From positions 4,801,815 to 4,865,814 of the forward strand of contig CM119265.1 in NCBI GenBank assembly GCA_051294375.1: a DNA stretch of 64,000 nucleotides, read 5' to 3'. Origin of the DNA: Paraspadella gotoi. Lineage: Eukaryota > Animalia > Chaetognatha. The notes below the pieces were generated by a model. It was given only the letters and a program-made list of their open reading frames with translations, had not been told where the DNA came from and made no database searches. How positions within the stretch are numbered: position 1 is the first letter of the stretch; every line of letters begins with the position of its first letter. Positions 59,754-64,000 of the stretch are shown here, one piece after another. The position numbers were made by a program, and so were the translations under genes.

Positions 59754-62700
59754 CTCCGCTTGTTTATCTATCTGTTTTTCTCCATGGTGCGTATTTGGCA
59801 GAGGATCCCAAAAGCTTCTGTTTGCTGAACAGTATAGCCATATGCTTTTTTTTAAACTCCATATTCTTTTTACTTTTTTTTTTATCTATCGCTCCCCGCC
59901 CCCTTTTTGTCCTCCTTGTTTCTCTTCTCCGCCTCCTCTTCCCCGGGCCACGCCCTCGCATCCACAATAAAAAACTAACCCCCAACCCGCGCGCTGCGCG
60001 TGCGTAACTCACCACCATTCCCGATGCCACACCCATTCCGATGCCGGAGCGCCGATCCTCGCGATTTGTGGCTTCTACCAACTCCCAGGGTCGCACGAGG
60101 TCGCCGACTTAAAAAAGTGGGTCACAATCTCGTCGCCGGACGTCTTGTCGGCGTCATCGCTTCGTCAGCGGCGCCGGAAATGCGGAGAGGAGGTCGCCGG
60201 CGCCGATGAGAATAACGCCGGCGGTGCCATAGACGCCGCGCGTGACCGGGACTCCAGCCGGCGCCGTCTCGAAAGAAGAAGAATTTAACCCTTCGTATTT
60301 TTTTTTGTTGTCTCGTCGTTTTCTTTTTTTTTCATTATGATTTTCTTTTTTCGTTTTTATTGTTCTGTTCTTTCTTTACTTCTTTTCTCTCACGTTCAAT
60401 TTCTCCGTGAGGCTTCCTGTCTCATCTCACGTGGGGATCACGTGAAGGTCAATCCTCTTGAGGAGGTCAATTAGAGTCACGTAGCGACATTCGTCAGGGG
60501 TCGATCCGTGTCTGGGTCAATGAATGTTTTCATCGGGGCCAAGGAATTCTCGTAAGAGGATGACGAAGACAAAGGAGAGTCTGGTTAGAGTTCATCGCGG
60601 CTCGCGTGAGAATGAAGATGTTTTTTTCACGTGAATTTGTTTGCTTTGTTTGTCCGACAAGATGAACTCACATCAAGCGCAGACTCGTTAAAGGCCAGCT
60701 CGCTTCAGTTCGTTGACCTCGGCGTTTTCAAACTTTTAAATTTCACATATTCTTTCTACTAGTATCTGACTTTTGTCGAGAAGACGCAATTTCTCCAGAT
60801 ATTCAAATAAAAAGATTTATGTCAACATCTGTACGCGTCTGTCTGCATCCGTTCGCATTTCTTGGTGAAAGAACGAGTCCACGTCCTTGATACTTGACCC
60901 CAATCGTTGAAAGAAGACTCTCTCTCTCTCTCTCTCTCATCCCTCTCTCTCTCTGGAAGAAGCGGTTTTTCAAACTTCGCCTTCTCTTTGCTTCCACCGG
61001 GGAGAGGGAAGAGAGAAACATTGAAAGAGGATAAAAGAAAAAGCGAAAGGCGTGTTGTGTCGACCGGAACCCCGCCACTTAATGTTAAAAAAGCCTTTGC
61101 CTTTGACGGTGGGAGAAAGATCTCTTCAGCAAGATGACACTTCTATAGAAATACCGAGTTGAGACTAGGAAAGATTTTACTATTACAAAGGAGAATGGTT
61201 CCGATTGCTATCACATTCTCTTGTTCTAAAGCTCTCTTTCTCTCTCTCCCGTTCACTCCCTCTCTACTCTCTAGTATCTATCTTCTCGTTTTCTCGTTAT
61301 CGCGAATCTTTAAAAAAGAAAATATAGAGCAAAGCCAAAGCGTCTGACCGTGAATCGTAAACGACGGCCGAAGCCCCGCGATTGGAAATGCAGATGCCGA
61401 GACGAGATGCAGATGCCTCAATGCAGATGCCGCTTGGCAGACGCGGCTTCGACATATGCGGGCAAAACCGCGGAAGATTGAGTCCCAGTGTCGTGAACGA
61501 TCCGGGGCGTGGAGGTGGGGATAGTGAGTGCTAAAGGTTGAGTGCGACCCCACATTATCTGAAGGGTATTTGCCAGTAGCGAACTGGAGTGAATCAACAT
61601 TGAACCCACATAGATTATTGTCGTTCGTAATGATGGTGGAAATCAAAAAATCAACCCTCGTCAGTTTGCCGAGTGTTATTCGTCCTGCATTTATACCCGG
61701 ACAGTCGGCAGATCCGCTTTGGTCTAGATTCCTCCGCCTCCTCCGACGGTCGACGAAGCGTTTTGTGAGCGAAATGTGGGTCGTAGAATCTCTGGCGAGA
61801 AGTCGTAAAGAGCGGAGGCGCGCGAAATTGATTCGATGAAGCGCATCGCGACTCCGAGGGGCGCGAGATGGAAGATCGAGTTGGGAAGAGAGAAGTGGNN
61901 NNNNNNNNNNNNNNNNNNNNNNNNNNNNNNNNNNNNNNNNNNNNNNNNNNNNNNNNNNNNNNNNNNNNNNNNNNNNNNNNNNNNNNNNNNNNNNNNNNNN
62001 NNNNNNNNNNNNNNNNNNNNNNNNNNNNNNNNNNNNNNNNNNNNNNNNNNNNNNNNNNNNNNNNNNNNNNNNNNNNNNNNNNNNNNNNNNNNNNNNNNNN
62101 NNNNNNNNNNNNNNNNNNNNNNNNNNNNNNNNNNNNNNNNNNNNNNNNNNNNNNNNNNNNNNNNNNNNNNNNNNNNNNNNNNNNNNNNNNNNNNNNNNNN
62201 NNNNNNNNNNNNNNNNTTTAGATCCTTTCTCATTCTCATTATTTCTAATAACAAATTTAGTTTTCCTTTTTCTGTCTCCCGCCATCTCCTTTCGTCCCTA
62301 CCCATTCTCTTTCAGTTCCATCCCTCTATTCCATCGGTTCCATTTTTCACTCCTACTTTCGATTCTGTTTATCTAATTTTCTGTTTATGTTTTTTTTTTT
62401 TTGCGATGAAAAGTCGGTCGATGATGGCATCATCCGTGGTCTCGGTTATGCCATTTTTCTGATGCCATCTTCTTGCTTCATCGCCGATGAAACCGAGATG
62501 TACCAGTCCGCCTCTTTTTTTTTTAGTCAGGGAAATAAGATTCTTGGCTTCAAAAATATCCTACATAAATTTTTTTTCGATATTTGTATATTTTATATTT
62601 ATATCCGTTTTATATATCTAAATATATTATCATTTATTTAATTCCGTTAAATTTGTACTTTGATTTAACTTTAAATTTTCCGGTCGACTTCGCGCGTCGA

Positions 62701-63421
62701 AAACGTGAAGAGCGTGAATGACAAATAACGTGTTTTTCTCCGTTTTTCCCCCTGCAACCCTCTGCCTCCCCTCTCTCTCTCTCTCTCTNNNNNNNNNNNN
62801 NNNNNNNNNNNNNNNNNNNNNNNNNNNNNNNNNNNNNNNNNNNNNNNNNNNNNNNNNNNNNNNNNNNNNNNNNNNNNNNNNNNNNNNNNNNNNNNNNNNN
62901 NNNNNNNNNNNNNNNNNNNNNNNNNNNNNNNNNNNNNNNNNNNNNNNNNNNNNNNNNNNNNNNNNNNNNNNNNNNNNNNNNNNNNNNNNNNNNNNNNNNN
63001 NNNNNNNNNNNNNTTTCCAAAATTCCACCATTCTCGTATTTTCCTCGGTTTCTCAGGTTTCGATGTTTGCTGGAAGGCGATTAATTCTCGATTTAATTTT
63101 GAGTTGAGAGTTTATTTAACAATGAGAGAATTTATTCGATGAAATGTTTGATTAGTAACGCATCCCTTGTTTGTCAGAAGAATCTAATTCCACTCAAAAA
63201 ACCACAAACTTGTCGAAATCGTAGATTTTTTTCTCTTGCTTTTTTTCGTCTTTTTTTTTTAATTTTAAAACACTCCTTTCTTTCGATTTAAATTTCAGTT
63301 GGTTTTTTTTTCTCTCTCTTTTTTATTTCTAATTATTATTTACTACAAAAAAAATATTTAGTTTGGGAAGAAAGCTCTGACGAAAAAAAACCAAAGACCA
63401 AATCGTTTCGATTCAAGTCCA

Positions 63422-63455
<34 letters not shown>

Positions 63456-64000
63456 TTCTATTTTTTTTCCTCCCTCACATTCATCGTCTTCTTCGTCGTT
63501 TTCGTCGTCGTCATCTTCCATTGTGTCAACTGGTCGCGCGCAATTCTATGGGCAACTCCCGGAGGTCACGAGGTGACGCCGACTCGAGATGAAAAAAAAA
63601 ACCGCGGAAACAGTTCAATCTCGCTCTTGCGGTCGCGATAGAAAAAAAAAGAACCAAAATGGCGATTGTTGACAGCTCAGCGTGACAAACAAATCTCACC
63701 ATTTTCTCGTTGATGAAAAATATCGAATGGATAATCTTAAGAACGAATGACGCCTCTCACCCTTTTCCCCTCACCGAGCGATACTCTTTTATTGATAAAA
63801 AAAAAAGAGTTGTAAACAGAAACCAGTTTCCTTGGCAACTTAAAATCCCAAGATCTTTTACTCGGCGATTTTTTTTTCTTTTCAATTCCCAAACGAGGAA
63901 CCAAACAGATAGTTTTCCTTTGTATAACAAAGTGTAAAGTGATTTCGGTGTTTTTTATGTTCGAGAGAAGGAGTGAGAGAAAGTACTTAAGTGATGTTCT

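Larger units (their letters stand above)
40970..64000 (+). other. Probable large intron downstream of the discoidin exon (>23 kb unless the next exon lies in an N-gap)
   Basis: Starts GTCAGT. The next DDR exon should carry a GGAWCP-type motif, and I saw none on the + strand in the called bases. The region is repeat-rich and contains 9 N-gaps. Confidence 0.55.

Overview
Eukaryotic (invertebrate animal-like) draft-assembly DNA: about 24 N-gaps, very dense (AG/CT)n, (GAC/TCG)n and poly-A/T simple repeats, and no visible CpG depletion. Almost all ORFs in the supplied track are translations of microsatellites or run through gaps. The one coding feature I can support is a 106-nt + strand internal exon at 40864-40969. 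It encodes the start of a discoidin (F5/8 type C) domain, (G)QCRVSLGMQSGNIPDDAIAASSSYDSASVGPHNA(R), most like an invertebrate discoidin domain receptor (DDR), so much of the window is probably large introns or 5' flank of a DDR-like gene. Both boundaries of this exon read CAG|GTCAGT, a recursive-splicing-type architecture. Bases ~371-15186 are a tangle of direct and inverted copies of one ~5.6-kb sequence. The copies have indel-rich, read-like differences and exact 25-N gaps, best explained as a long-read gap-filling or chimera artefact. I found no CRISPR array, rRNA, tRNA or recognisable transposase/RT, and no convincing novel multi-gene system. All comparisons were made by eye, so block boundaries are approximate.
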